Assembly: GCF_035594765.1 (NCBI RefSeq)
Contig: NC_085842.1
Location: 154,269,036 to 154,333,035 of the forward strand
Origin: Anolis carolinensis
Taxonomy: Eukaryota
Length of the DNA: 64,000 nucleotides
Direction: 5' to 3'
Shown here: one piece after another, positions 47,466-60,283 of the stretch
Layout: every line of letters starts with the position of its first letter
Numbering within the stretch: the stretch's first letter is position 1
The notes under the pieces: model-generated
What the model was told of the DNA's origin: nothing
Seen by the model: only the letters and a program-made list of their open reading frames with translations
Databases searched by the model: none
Translations under genes and position numbers: made by a program

Positions 47466-48859
47466 ACAAAGTGTAACCTTTGAAGAAAGGAAATTGGGGA
47501 AGGTACCTTCAAGCTTGAGTTTCAATAAACCTAGGTTGCATCTACTCTAGTCTGTTTCTGGCCTGAAGCAGTCCTGGATCTAGGACAGGTATCCAGATGG
47601 GCTGGGACTGCCAGCCCATCTGGAAACAAGAGCCAGGAAACAAGGGATACCCACTGGAAGTTCACATGTGTAATGGACACAGATAGTGGTGGATGTAAAG
47701 TTGGAGTGGATTTTTTTATAGGTCAGAAAAATGATTTATCTTGGAAAGTTTTTTTTTGCTAGGAAAAGAGGCTTTTGCAGACTCTGAGGTGAATGCCATA
47801 AAGGTTCTGAATGAAAGATTTGATACATCTTGAAACACAACTTAAGGAAGCATTGCAAAGTTTGTGGTTAGGAAAGGTTGGTGCTGGTGAAGTCCAACAA
47901 TTGATTGGGGATGGCTTGAAAGAGAGACCAAAGCACAGAAGCTACAGACAAAAAAGAACAGTCCCACATCATTATGGAGAGTCCTTAAAATTATCTCAGA
48001 CTCACTCCATGTCATGCTGAAGGCATAATGGTATGTGCTCCATATGCCAACAGAGCTAGCCGCTAACACCTTGCGCCATCCAGGATAGGAAAAACAGTTC
48101 TGTTTGTACAAGCTTGGGCAAGACATATTGGAGAAAATAAATTTGGAACCAGAGCAGCAAGAAGACACTAACTGAAAACCAGGTGAAGTGTTCAAGAATA
48201 TTATTATTCTGCCATAAATTATAATTTGTTGTGATGTTGACATAGTAGATGTATGCCCACATGCAGATGAGATTGGCATAAAGATTAGAATCTTTTTGCC
48301 CAGTTTTAAATAAATGCTCCATAAATTATGTTTGTTTAATCCAACCAGGTTTTTTAAAGTTAGTGTTTTATAAATATTTTAATATTAAATGTTTTCAGCT
48401 TTTAAAAGAGCAAATATCAAAACATATGCCAATGCACACACTGAGGGAACTTCTTTGGTCACATATTTTAAAAGGCACAGTACTGACAGAAGTAGTCCAG
48501 AACACAGAATTAATTAATTCTGGTAGCCAAGATAAAATGGAATTTGACTGTACCTCAACATCACTTCTTTTGTGGACATATTATGAGTTTTAAGTTATTT
48601 TTCACACTAACAGGGATGTGCCCTCACTAAAAGGTCAAGGAAGAATATCACATGGTTTAAGGAATGGCTTGTTCTTCTGCCTTGTGCTTCAGTATGGGTG
48701 TTGAATAGACAATGAAATGAAGAAGAATGCATTTTGTACCACAGGCCTCTGGCTTACAGACTTTAGAATTTCTAAAGGACATTAATTGTACCTATTTTTA
48801 CAACATTTGAAAAAGAGTTGATCCTCATTTATTCCATCTTGAATTTTCCTTTTATAGCA

Positions 48860-49110
48860 CCTTTATCTGCCTCATTAGTTTAAATCATGCACTTTACACC
48901 ACTGCCCAGCCTTTTTATTATCTTGTCTATATTGGCGGCTTTACTAACTATTGCTAATTGTTGGTTTGACTTGTGTAATGTTAAATGTTAATGATGTTTT
49001 TATTGTGAATGTATTTTTAATTTGTTTATTGTGAAATTTGGGCTTGGCCCCATGTTAGCTGCCCCGAGTCCCTGCGGAGAGATGGAGGCAGGGTATAAAA
49101 ATAAAGTTTA
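48860..49110 (+). mobile_element. L2-type 3'UTR and tail
   Basis: AGCTGCCCCGAGTCCCTGCGGAGAGATGGAGGCAGGGTATAAAAATAAAG resembles the L2 end at about 38000-38050. Confidence 0.6.
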
Positions 49111-49284
49111 TTATTTTATTTTATGACACAGCAAACAAGATAGATATGCTGGATTTCGTATCACAAAATCACAAGTCGAACACTTCCCAAGTGTCTAGGA
49201 CTATGTGATGTATTTTCAGATGATGCGTGCAGATCCCAGTAGGGTGGCCTTTTGCAGTTGGCAGATAGTAATTTTGTCAATGTC
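49111..49284 (-). mobile_element. R4/Dong-clade non-LTR retrotransposon 3' end
   Basis: Minus strand translates KITICQLQKATLLGSARII.KYIT, typical of R4/Dong C-termini; embedded in TAA repeats. Confidence 0.6.

Positions 49285-49338
<54 letters not shown>
49285..49338. repeat. (TAT)n microsatellite
   Basis: Direct reading. Confidence 0.95.
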
Positions 49339-49340
<2 letters not shown>

Positions 49341-50129
49341 TTTCATGAACTGTAATGATCACTTTAAAAATAAATGGCATTGGGAAAAATATAGTTGCCT
49401 ACCTGTAGTCTACAAAGCCAAAAACTTGTTTTTTCATGCTATATGACACAAAATCTATTTAACTGGAGATTGCAGGGAATGAAACTGGGAACGCCAGAGT
49501 GCAAACCAGTTGTTTTTCTGTCACAAAAATTAAAAATTATAATTTCTCCTTTTCAGCTCACATTGCTGAGAATCTAAAGTATTCATTGAGAATCGGGGAA
49601 CAAACCTCAAAAAAAAAAGTTCTTAGCATAATCTGTTTTTACAAAAAAAATGCAATTAGTGATGACAGTTGCATGCCAGTCAAAGTACATTTCAGATGTA
49701 TGTTTCAGATGATGTTTTTCATGGCTGTAATGTAATGTCATAGTTCAGAATTGGAAAAACACTGAAGATATCTTCAGTGCTTTTGTGGTGTAGACAGACA
49801 AATGTCTTCCTGCTTTAATTCCTAAGTGGCCATAGCATACTCACTTGGCATTTCAGCTTGATGTTTTAATTGGCTGATTTGAATAAAACTCAGACAGGTT
49901 ATGTTACTCCAGTTTGTGTCTTTCAGCACAGCAGCCAAGGAGGAGGAGGAGGGGAAGGAAGACAGGACAAGGAATAACAAAGACTTTTCACTTTTCAAGT
50001 TCTCCCAGAAATTTTCTTAGTCCTCAATGTGTTTTAATTCATACTTTGCTAATTTAAAAAATTCTCTTCCAAAGTCAAATCTTTTCTGGACTCTACAAGT
50101 TACCTTCTGTTTCCCCAAAATGTCCAGGA

Positions 50130-50172
50130 GATAGATAGATGATAGATAGATAAGTAGATAGATAGATAGATA
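50130..50172. repeat. Imperfect (GATA)n microsatellite
   Basis: Direct reading. Confidence 0.85.
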
Positions 50173-51344
50173 TTTTTTTTAATGTAACATTTAAGGCTCC
50201 TTCAAGTGCATATGACATTGCATTTGTGCAGTAATGCACATGTCAACTAAGGACCTCTTTGCATGTGCTTCTTTTTGATGGCAGCAACAGGATTTTTCAA
50301 GTTTGGCTACAGAACCCAACGGCTTCCACTACATCCATTACAAGTAATTCTGGGGTGGTTACCTGGCTGAACTGGAAACACCCCTGCCACCACCAAAAAG
50401 AAGCCAGTGGCACACGACAAGATGCTTCCCATCTTTCTATAAGGAAAGATGGCTTGAGGTGGCTTTTTAAAGCTTTTCCCTGTATAATGGGGCAGGGAGA
50501 AGCCAAAAAGGTGTAGGGCATTGGGTGACGGGTCCTCAAGCCCCCTGGGCAGGGTTATGAGGCTGTCATTTTGGAGTGGAGGTAATAGCAATGAGTGGAG
50601 AGAGACAGGAAGAAGCTAGGCAACGCTGAGGGGAGGCTTGTCTATCAAGGCCTCTCCTCCTTCAGGCACCTCAAGTGGAGGTGGAGGGATTTGAGCAAGC
50701 TGATGTTGTGGGAAAGGAGGAAACACAGGAGGGTCAGCGCTATGGACGAATGAAGGAAGCAGTCTCGGCATGTGTGTGTGTGTGGTGAGGGGGCCTCGCT
50801 CACTGGAGCGATGGGCCACCATCCACACAGGGCTCCGGAGCCAAGGCAAAGCAAGGCACTTTCCTGGTTCTCCTTCCTTTTTCCTGTGATGAGGGGAAGC
50901 CAGGAAGGAGCATGGCATAGGATGACAGATCCCCATGCATTGTTGGGCAGTGGCCGCTGAAACACAGTGAGACTGGCTGATTCTGGAGACACATGTGACA
51001 AGGTCCTAAGAAGCATAGTGCTTCTTAGGAAACCATAGAACTATAAAGCTGTGAGCATCTTTAGAGGTTGTTGTCAGTTCCAGACAGCTGTCTAACATCT
51101 GACGAATTCCTCCAATTGAGTCCAACTCTTCTTGAGACAGAATCTCCTACCATCAAACAGCTTTTATCTTTAGATTTCCCCCCTAATTTCTATTAATTTT
51201 TCCATTGTCCTCTGTAACAAAAGAAAACAAATTACATCAATTTTCTATATGATAACCCTTCAAATATTTAAGAATTTTAATCTTTAAAAATCAATCTGTC
51301 TGTTTTTCTTTAATTTTCTTTTCTTTGGCTTAAACAAAGCCAAA

Positions 51345-51791
51345 GAACCGGGGTATGGCGCAGGCTGGTGAGCAGCCTGCTGCAGTAAATCACTCTGACC
51401 ATGAGGTCATAAGTTCAAGGCCAGCCCGTGGCGGGGTGAGCACCCATCAATTAAAAAATAAAAAATAGCCCCTGCTCGCTGCTGACCTAGCAACCCAAAA
51501 GATAGCTGCATCCATCAAGTAGGAAATAAGATACCACTTATAAAGTGGGGAGGCAAATTTAACTAATTTATGATGTTGGAATGAGGAAGTGCAGTCACAG
51601 TGGATGATGAAGCAGCTGCTCCCCCCTGTGGCCAGAATCAAACATCCCCTCAGGAGAAGGTTAAATTGCCTCTGTGTCTGTCTCTGTCTCGGTTCTATGT
51701 GTATATGGGCATTGAATGTTTGCCCTATATGTATATAATGTGATCCACCCTGAGTCCCATTCGGGGTGAGAAGGGCGGAATATAAATACTG

Positions 51792-51830
<39 letters not shown>
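51345..51830 (+). mobile_element. tRNA-headed SINE with L2-derived 3' tail
   Basis: A box TGGCGCAGGCTGG, B box AGTTCAAGGCC, L2 tail CCCTGAGTCCC..GGGGTGAGAAGGGCGG, (TAAA)n; second copy at 59794. Confidence 0.8.
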
Positions 51831-52816
51831 ACAACACACCTACTCCTTTCAATTGTTGTTCAAAATATTGGATTTCCTGACTCTATCCCATCTTCCACTG
51901 GATACATTCCAATTTGTCAAAGCCCGTTTAAAAAAAATTAACCTAATGTATTCTGTAATGAATGTCAGCAACACTTTCTCAAAATGTGATGGCAGGTGAG
52001 GATACGAAATGTACTTCTGCAAAATTTATCTCTTGAGAGGACATTCTGTTTTTAAATACTTCAGGATGTATGACGGGAACCTCAACATTCATGCATGAAG
52101 TGCTACTTATGTGTTTTATTCATAGGGTTGGTTCAAGAAGGAAACCCCTTCTTAATGAGAATCTTTACATTAAAAAACAACAACATACTTTGTAAGGCTA
52201 ATCCCTTCTTCTCCTCTTCTCTACATGGAGTTTCAGTACACTGGCCTGGTTTCAACCACTCAATGGTATGACATAATGATAGTTGGCTATCATAAAAACT
52301 GGTTTAAATAAACCATTATAGATGTGCTAATGTATAGAAAAAGATTATTTGCACAAGTGACCTTGTTTGATGTTTTGCATTACTTTGGCAGTTTGAGACT
52401 GGAAATAGATGTGAAGGCTGAAAATAGACTGAGGAATTAATTATTTTCTACTGTTAGCCTGCTCTCATAATTGTCATAACTATGAAGGAAGAGAAATAGC
52501 TTATCTTTGTGCACCTTTTTGTTTGTTTGTTTGTTTCTGCACTGTATAAACTATGAGAGTCCATCTTTCTTTGGTTTCAACTTGGAAGCATGCACCCAGC
52601 CTGGCTGTCTCCACATTTAACCTGCCATAGGGAATTAAATTGTCAGCCAGAGATAATGCATGTAGCATAAGTAGTTTAGGAACCCAGTTTTAACATTGCC
52701 AATCCTGGGACTACACCCAGTCCTGGTACAGAACTCTCAATCATACTACCATATTTTACTGAGCCATAATCAGTTACAACCTGAAGAAGCCTGTTTCCAC
52801 CTTTGTGGAGTGTGTG

Positions 52817-52818
<2 letters not shown>

Positions 52819-52848
<30 letters not shown>
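52819..52848. repeat. (TC)n microsatellite
   Basis: Direct reading. Confidence 0.9.
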
Positions 52849-52851
<3 letters not shown>

Positions 52852-54996
52852 AAAACTCTTTATGTTGTATCTCAACCTTGTTAAGAACATTGGCCTAAGG
52901 AAGAACCTCACAAGTTTGCTTTGAATTTTTCTTAAGTCCAGAAGAAGAAAATAGTGGTGGCATTACTGAGAGTAAATTAACATAAACTTTTTCCCCCAAC
53001 ATGGAAATGTCAACACAAGGCAACAAATCCTGGCCATTTTTACCTGGTGCCTCACTTGTTAAAATCAGTTCCTCTGTGATGAAACAGGAATGCAAGCCAT
53101 GGAAAAGACACTGTGGATGGATTAATTTCACATAGTTGCACCTCTTCTTCACCACATGGGACACATTTATAAATTCTAAAATTCCTCCAACCAGATATTA
53201 GTCCAAAGGAAGAACTGGCAATAACCACAAGTATGCTTTAATGATAACTGGTTTGTGGATTCAAAACCAAATATGCTTTTTCTATTAATAATTCATTAGT
53301 ACATTCGAAGGTGTTCCATAGAAAGTTTGGCTGATAAAATGAAATAATATTCACATAAATAAAAATTTAATTAGCTGATGTTAATATATTTTCTTAAATC
53401 AGTTCCCGATTCCACAGAGCCACACATGTGCTGAAAGCTGGATTTGGTCTTGTTTGGAGAGATAGATCATGTAGAAGAGAGGAAATTGGACTTTGTGATA
53501 TTGTTTATCTTTCCCTTTTCTTTAATTTTCTCTTTGTTTAATTTTCAAGGGAAGGCATTTATCTTTCCAAGGGATCAAATAAGCTGGGTGGTAACGCAAT
53601 GGATATAAGATTCATAGAAAGCAGGGACTAACATTAAAAGATAGATGGATAGATAAAGTTTGGAAATCCCGTAAAGTGTGATTTTCTATCACTGTCTCCA
53701 GGGGGAGATTGTTTTTAAACTTAAAAACTGAAGAGAGAGAAATAGAAGAGGTTTTTATTTTTTATATTTTTTTATAACATTGCAAGATGTGTTGACTATG
53801 AAATATGATATTGTAGCTCTTGAAAGAACAATAACTAGTTTGAAGTAAGGCAGTTCCTCCAATCAGGATGATAAGCAATGGGCACCGATTTTTCTAAGCA
53901 GACATGAAGAAGCATATACACACATATAGTTATCTTTTTGTAAGGCTTTTTACCTTGCTCTTCATCTGAAAAAATACTGACAAAAGCTCAGTAGATCAGA
54001 CTTATGACAGTTCATGTTATTTTTGGCTTTTAATCTAGTATATGTAACACAGCAGGAGGAAAGAAGTTTGGGGAGAAAAGACACAAATCCAGAAAATAAA
54101 ATTTTAGTAATAAAGTTTGGTAAAGTGTAATTCAGCATAAAACAGGGCTAACATTGGAGTTAAAATTAAGCAAAAGGAAATAGTTACTGATGCTGCCTCC
54201 TCCTTCCTCTCTCCCTCTCTTTCTGATAATGTTAGTGAAGGTAGCAACTAGGTAGAAAGACTGAATTTTCAATTGACATGTTTTTAACAAAAACGCTTAT
54301 CAAAATTCTATGTTTCTAGAGATAATTTTTATCACTGTGATCTTCTTATGTAAACTGATTCATTTTCCTATGCATAGTTTGATGACAGATCAGCCAACAT
54401 AAAAACAGGAACATTATAATAGATCCATACAAAATCAGAGCCCAGCTCTTAATTTTATTATTTCATATAACCACAGGAGTATGTTTCCCCTATGAAGCAG
54501 TATTTAAATATTTATTTTTAAACGATGAAGTGTTTTTGCATAAGAGCATAAAAATATTTGATTTGGAAGTCTGACAGTTCAGCAAACTCAGAACTAGATA
54601 GCTAGATGGAAAATATGTAGAAATTCCACCAGAACTTTTTACTTGCAAAGCTCAGATGATGTACCCTTTCGGTTCTGGTAAAGCAGACGTTGCACAAATC
54701 TTGTCCATGTTTTCTAAATGTGAAACAGGATACTGGTTGGAGTACATCCATTCAACAAATTGTTGCATGATAAACCAATACATTGAAAAATCCCATGGAT
54801 CTCTTTTATGTAAGACTGGCAACTTACAGTTATCTTAAGGAAAAGCTATCACCTTATCACAGGGTTTTGGGGGGCTAAAAGAATGTGACTCAGCCAAGGT
54901 CAGTCAGTGGACTTCCATGACTGAGGAAAAGCCCAGACCTGATATCCAGTGTCATTATATCAAGCTGACTCTCATTGCTTAACTGTAAGCTATCTA

Positions 54997-55403
54997 CCAT
55001 ATATACGCGAGTATAAGCCAGGTTTTTCAGCCCCTTTTAAGGGCTGAAAAAAGTCCCTCTCAGTTTATACTTGAGTGAGGGTACTGGCCGGCTTATATTC
55101 GGGTCGGCTTATACTCGAGTATATAGTTAATCTATAGTCTAATCTAATTAAAGTTTAATCTTATTAAAGTTTTATTATTATCTTAAATTAGAGTTTTATG
55201 TAAATATTCAAAAACATTGAACCCACTGATGTCTCAATTAATGTAATTTTATTAGTATCTATTTTTATTTTTGAAATTTACCAGTAGCTGTTGAATTTCC
55301 CACCCTCATCTTGTACTCAAATCAATAAGTTTCCTCACTTTTTTGTGGTAAAATTAGTTGCTTCAGCTTATATTCAGGTTGGCTTATACTCGAGTATATA
55401 TAG
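54997..55403. mobile_element. Tc2/pogo-type non-autonomous DNA transposon
   Basis: TA|CCATATATACGCGAGTATAAGCC ... GGCTTATACTCGAGTATATATAG|TA. Confidence 0.7.
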
Positions 55404-55562
55404 TATATAGTTAAGAAAGAAGACAATGACACCCAGTCAAGAAAATTGACAACTGCCAAAAGTTTGTGGTGCTATTTTTTGTTTAAAAAAGAAAAGAAAA
55501 GAAAAGAAAAGAAAAAGAATTTATTTTTTCAATACGTTTTGGGAATTGCAGAAAAAAGTATA

Positions 55563-55710
55563 CAGTAGAGTCTCACTTATCCAACATAAACGGGCCGGCA
55601 GAAGATTGGATAAGTGAAAATGTTGGATAATAATGACAGATTAAGGAAAAGCCTATTCAACATCAAATTACGTTATGGTTTTACAAATTAAGCACCAAAA
55701 CATCATGTTT
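55563..55710. mobile_element. Tigger-like MITE, left end only
   Basis: TA|CAGTAGAGTCTCACTTATCCAA with internal inverted TTGGATAAGTGA. Confidence 0.55.
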
Positions 55711-56144
55711 GAGATCCAAAACACCTGGAAGACCAGAGTTGGGAACACAATGATGTACTGTAGATTAACCGTCTGTAGAATCCCATATTGAGCATAGAGG
55801 AATGGCAACACTGGAAAACCGAAGTTTGCTAAACATTTGATATTGGTCAACTGTCTCCAGAATCTCATTTGGAGGTGGGTGGCTCTGTGTTGGGAGAGCG
55901 TGGCTTGTGCCTTCCAGCTTAGCAAAATGGGGCTGGATTGGATAGCCTCTTAAGGGAAGGGGTCTCCTGAGTTTCTAGGGTTCTATGCCTACTTATCCTT
56001 GTCTGGGTTAGAAGAGAAGGAGGAGAAGGCCAGAAGTGCAAGTTGCTGCAAGGCTGTCACAGGTATAAGAGGGAGAAGGAGGAGGAGAGAGTGCATGGGG
56101 GAGAAAAAAGGGAGAAGGGAGAAAGAGAAAGGATCTGGAGCAAA

Positions 56145-56147
<3 letters not shown>

Positions 56148-56183
<36 letters not shown>
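56148..56183. repeat. (TG)n microsatellite
   Basis: Direct reading. Confidence 0.95.
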
Positions 56184-56186
<3 letters not shown>

Positions 56187-59100
56187 AAAGAAAGGGGGTG
56201 TCCTCCACCCACCTGGCCAGGTAAGGAGATGACATAAGGCAGGCAGCCCCCCCTCCCCCGTTCACCAGCCCTGGCTCGGCCTTGCCATGTCCCCTTCAGC
56301 CTTTCTCAAGCCAGCCCCCAATTCTTTCCTTTCAATCATGGGCCCAGTTTTGCTCACTCACACACAGATGGACATTCACAATGTTTGACCTGAAGTCCCC
56401 TCCTCAAATCAAACATATTATTTGAACTAAACCTGTTTTCTTCCTTATTCAGAGATGTTTAGCAGTCAGATTTGCAGACTGAGTCTGTGTTTCCCTTCTG
56501 TTGACCAGTCATGGAGCAAAGTATGCTAAATGAAAAATAGGCAGGAAAAATATGTTACAACAAATAAATATCTTCCACAATTTAAGGATACCTTTGTATT
56601 ACATGGGTGCTAAATGGAATGCCTAATTTGACCCTCCTATGAGCAGTAGGGCAGTTTTTTGATGCATAACTCAATTGCAAATATGTATTTTGATCTTTAC
56701 AGAGCAAATACTGTGTTTTTGATTAATGGGATTTCATTGAACCGAAATGACGTAGACAATGTAAAATTTAAGCAGCCCATTCAATGTTCACTCATGTAGA
56801 CAGCCTTTGAGATTCAGAAAGAATTAGAAACACTCAGCAATACTATATGGTTTAGAAATGAAGTACAAGTAACGTGATATGCTTCGCTTTCCCTATGATT
56901 CCTCCCTATCACAGAGATGTTCTGTCTGAGATGTTCTTTTCAGTGCATCTTAGCTTATGATGTAAGACGATCTCTAATGTTTAGTTTCTCTTGACACAAA
57001 ATTAATTGTAAAAATACAGCAGCTAAGTGATCCTCCATACTTTGTGAGGTCAAGAAGTCATGCTGAGGCAGCCTTTGTGTCTGTTTTCTAGGGAGTTTTA
57101 CATCTGATACTTATACATGAAAACAATGACAATGTAAAAATTTCTTGTTTATCCTGGGGAGTGGGGAGTAAAGTATTTTTGTTGTTTTGATAAAAGTAAA
57201 TAATTTTTGCATAGAACTCTTTAAATGCCTCTTTTATAAATGTGGGTGAGTGAAGGAAAGCCTGAAGCAAGATCCACACAACTAAGACAGGATTCCTTTC
57301 TTCTTTATTTTAAAACTTAATTCTTATGATATTCACATGGAAGGGAATAAGTGTCTCTGATTTCAGTGGAAATAGGCACACATAAGATTGCATGGGCAAA
57401 GTTGGCAAAATTGTCCCACTATTTTTAGAGGCTGTGTAGAGTGTGCATGATATTTCATATACTTCCTTAACATACACACACACACACATATGCACAGGTA
57501 CACACCAACTTGTCCTTGAGGAAAAATTTATTGTGCCTATCTGGAGCTCATATGATAAAAAGATAACTGGAGGAAGTCTGGTTTCCATTGTTTAACCTGG
57601 CTGAGAAAAGATATTCAGTGTATCAGCATGCACTGCAAAGCACTACTTTTACCTTGAGTAATGATTAACTTACATAAACCCATTGTGATATGACATGTGT
57701 GGAGATGTGAATGTGAGAGGGAGGGGGAGTGGATTGCTCAGGGTGGTCTTTGTCACAGACTCCATGCATTTTTGAGTCTCCAAATTTCTAATGCTGCAGA
57801 CACTAAAAATCATTCTGATTACTGTCTCTAAACATGAATTGGGGTGACAACCACATAAATTTACACTAAGGGCCCTATAGCGTTTGGTCGAAAGTTGGCT
57901 GTGAACACACAGACAATGTCCATGGACATCCCGTCACTCATATTAGAAGTTGGTGAATAATCTGGAGTTTTAGGCAAACTTTGGAGTTAGTCATACATTT
58001 GAGTTAGAGTTCCATGATGCAGCAAAAAGGAGATGGATTGCTATCCCTGTTGCTGTGGTCACCTTACTTCTCCTCGAATGGGCACCTTGTAGCAACAAGG
58101 ATGACAATCCAGATAAGGGTGACCATCCAGTGAGACCGAACTATGTTTGAATTCTGCTCCTTCCACTCTCGTTGCTTGGGGGAAGAGCATCTCCATGAAA
58201 TCTGAAGCCAGTGTGATGTAAGAATGCTCCCAACTTGCTCCAGATTTCGATGTACATGTAGATTAAGTCTGTGTAGTTTTACTGAATATAGAGCAGTCAT
58301 GGATCTGGAGCTGCAGTACTGAATGCAAGCCATTTTTCCATGTTTTACTGACAAGATCTTACACATTATCTTTTCCACTTAAACTCTACCTCATCCTTTC
58401 TAGCCAATCCAGTTCTAACAAATCAAAAAATAAAGCAGACACGAACATTTATCTGTTACCCAAAAAAGGGGGAGAGGATAACTATACAATACTTTTTTTC
58501 ATTCTTAACTTTATACAAACTTAGATTTTTGTCTCATGGAGATGAATGTGTTCAAATCTGGTTGAGGAGATCAAAAATGACAATTTCAAAGCTGCTGCAT
58601 TCTTGTTGTGAGGCTTTAATGAAGCTGCCTGCATTTTTCTCCAGTGTCTGGTGAGGAGTTCACCCATTTCTCTATGGCCAAAAGCAGGCCAATAAAAATG
58701 ACAGCAAAGACCACTAGAAGATAGTCCTAGGTCATGATATATTATAAATTACACGGCATGAGGTCTGCCTAGCTGACACGCTAAAAGTAGGATGGAAATC
58801 AAGCTGAACTAAATACTACGGCATCATTAGTGGCCTTGAAGCCAGACACAGACGTCTGCATGCATTTCATTGTTCAGGCAGGGGGGCTGCTTAATCCTGC
58901 AGAAAATGAGAAAGTAGCATGAGAATCCCAGGGTCACTGGCTCTGTCTAGGCATATTGCACCTCCTTTGGTGGTAAAAGAGAGAAATGGGAACATATTTT
59001 CATGAAGAATCATGAAGAAGAGCAAATTACAATTATTGCAAATTTCAGAATATACACAAGAGAAAAGTGTCTTTGCAAAGAGGCAAATTTCTCTATTCAT

Positions 59101-59793
59101 ATAGGTAAAATATGACAGGTTATTATCTTCTGTCAGTATTTTGAAATTCAGTAAGTTTACACTGTTGTTGAAATGAATGCATCTATCAGAAAATATAATG
59201 ATTTATAAGTGACAGTTATTAAACTGAAACGCTTGTAATTCTCTTCTTATGGGATAATATTGCTTTTGGTCTGAATGCTATTACTAGTCCTAGCTAAAGA
59301 GACACACTGTTTCCATTAAATAGATAGAATGTAATTATGTGCTGACTCAACATCCAGTCATTGATTCAAAAGGGACCCGATAACATCAAGTGATAAGTTC
59401 GTTTCTGAGCTTATTTGCATACAAATCACAATGGGTCCCATCAAATGATGTTTATCCCCTGTTGTCAACCTGTTGGAAACCAAGTGCAAAAGGTGTCAGA
59501 AATGGATCATTTGGATACGGATTTCATATCATGCTTTTAAATTGTGTGAAATGTGCTGCTTTTATGTGGGATTGGTGAAAAAATATGCATTCCATCCCCT
59601 GTGCTGTTACGTATCTCTCTTTTGGGGGAGGGGGGTGTCTGTGGGTGGCTCCTGCAGACCCTGGGATTTGTCTCTAACTACATGATGAGAGAAGACCTCC
59701 ATAATGTGTTTTCAAAATAATTTGACAGGAAAATAACTCAGAATACCATTGTACAGCATGATAGTAATCTCTGTTTGCCAGTTCATGCCAAAA

Positions 59794-60283
59794 GGGTACA
59801 AGGGCTGTGGCACAGGCTGGTTAGCAGCCAGCTGCCATTAATCACTCTGACCAAGAGGTCATGAGTTTGAGGCCAGCCGTGTCGGGGTGAGCACCCGGCA
59901 ATTAAAAATAAAATATAGCCCCTGCTCGTTGCTGACCTAAGCAACCTGAAAGATAGTTGCATCTATCAAGTAGGAAATTTAGGTACCACTTATATGTGGG
60001 GAGGCTAATTTACGACACCATAAAAATCATCCAGCCACCATTGGAATGAGGGAGTGCTGTCGCAGTGGATGATGAAGCAGCTGCTCCCCCTGTGGCTGGA
60101 ATCAAGCATACCCTCAGGAAGCTGGAAGCTGGAGAAGGTTTAAATTGCCTCTGCGTCTGTCTCTGTCTCTGTTCTATGTTATATAGCATTGAATGTTTGC
60201 CTTATATGTGTACAATGTGATCCGCCCTGAGTCCCCTTCAGGGTGAGAAGGGCGGAATATAAATACTGTAAATAAATAAATAA
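59794..60283 (+). mobile_element. tRNA-headed SINE with L2-derived tail (second copy)
   Basis: Collinear with 51345-51830. Confidence 0.8.

Noticed and set aside
55668-56300. Possible first exon MRFWRQLTNIK... below a purine/TG-rich promoter-like region
   Set aside because: Donor site weak (GTTAAT), peptide unrecognised, and the ORF runs into a MITE; insufficient support.
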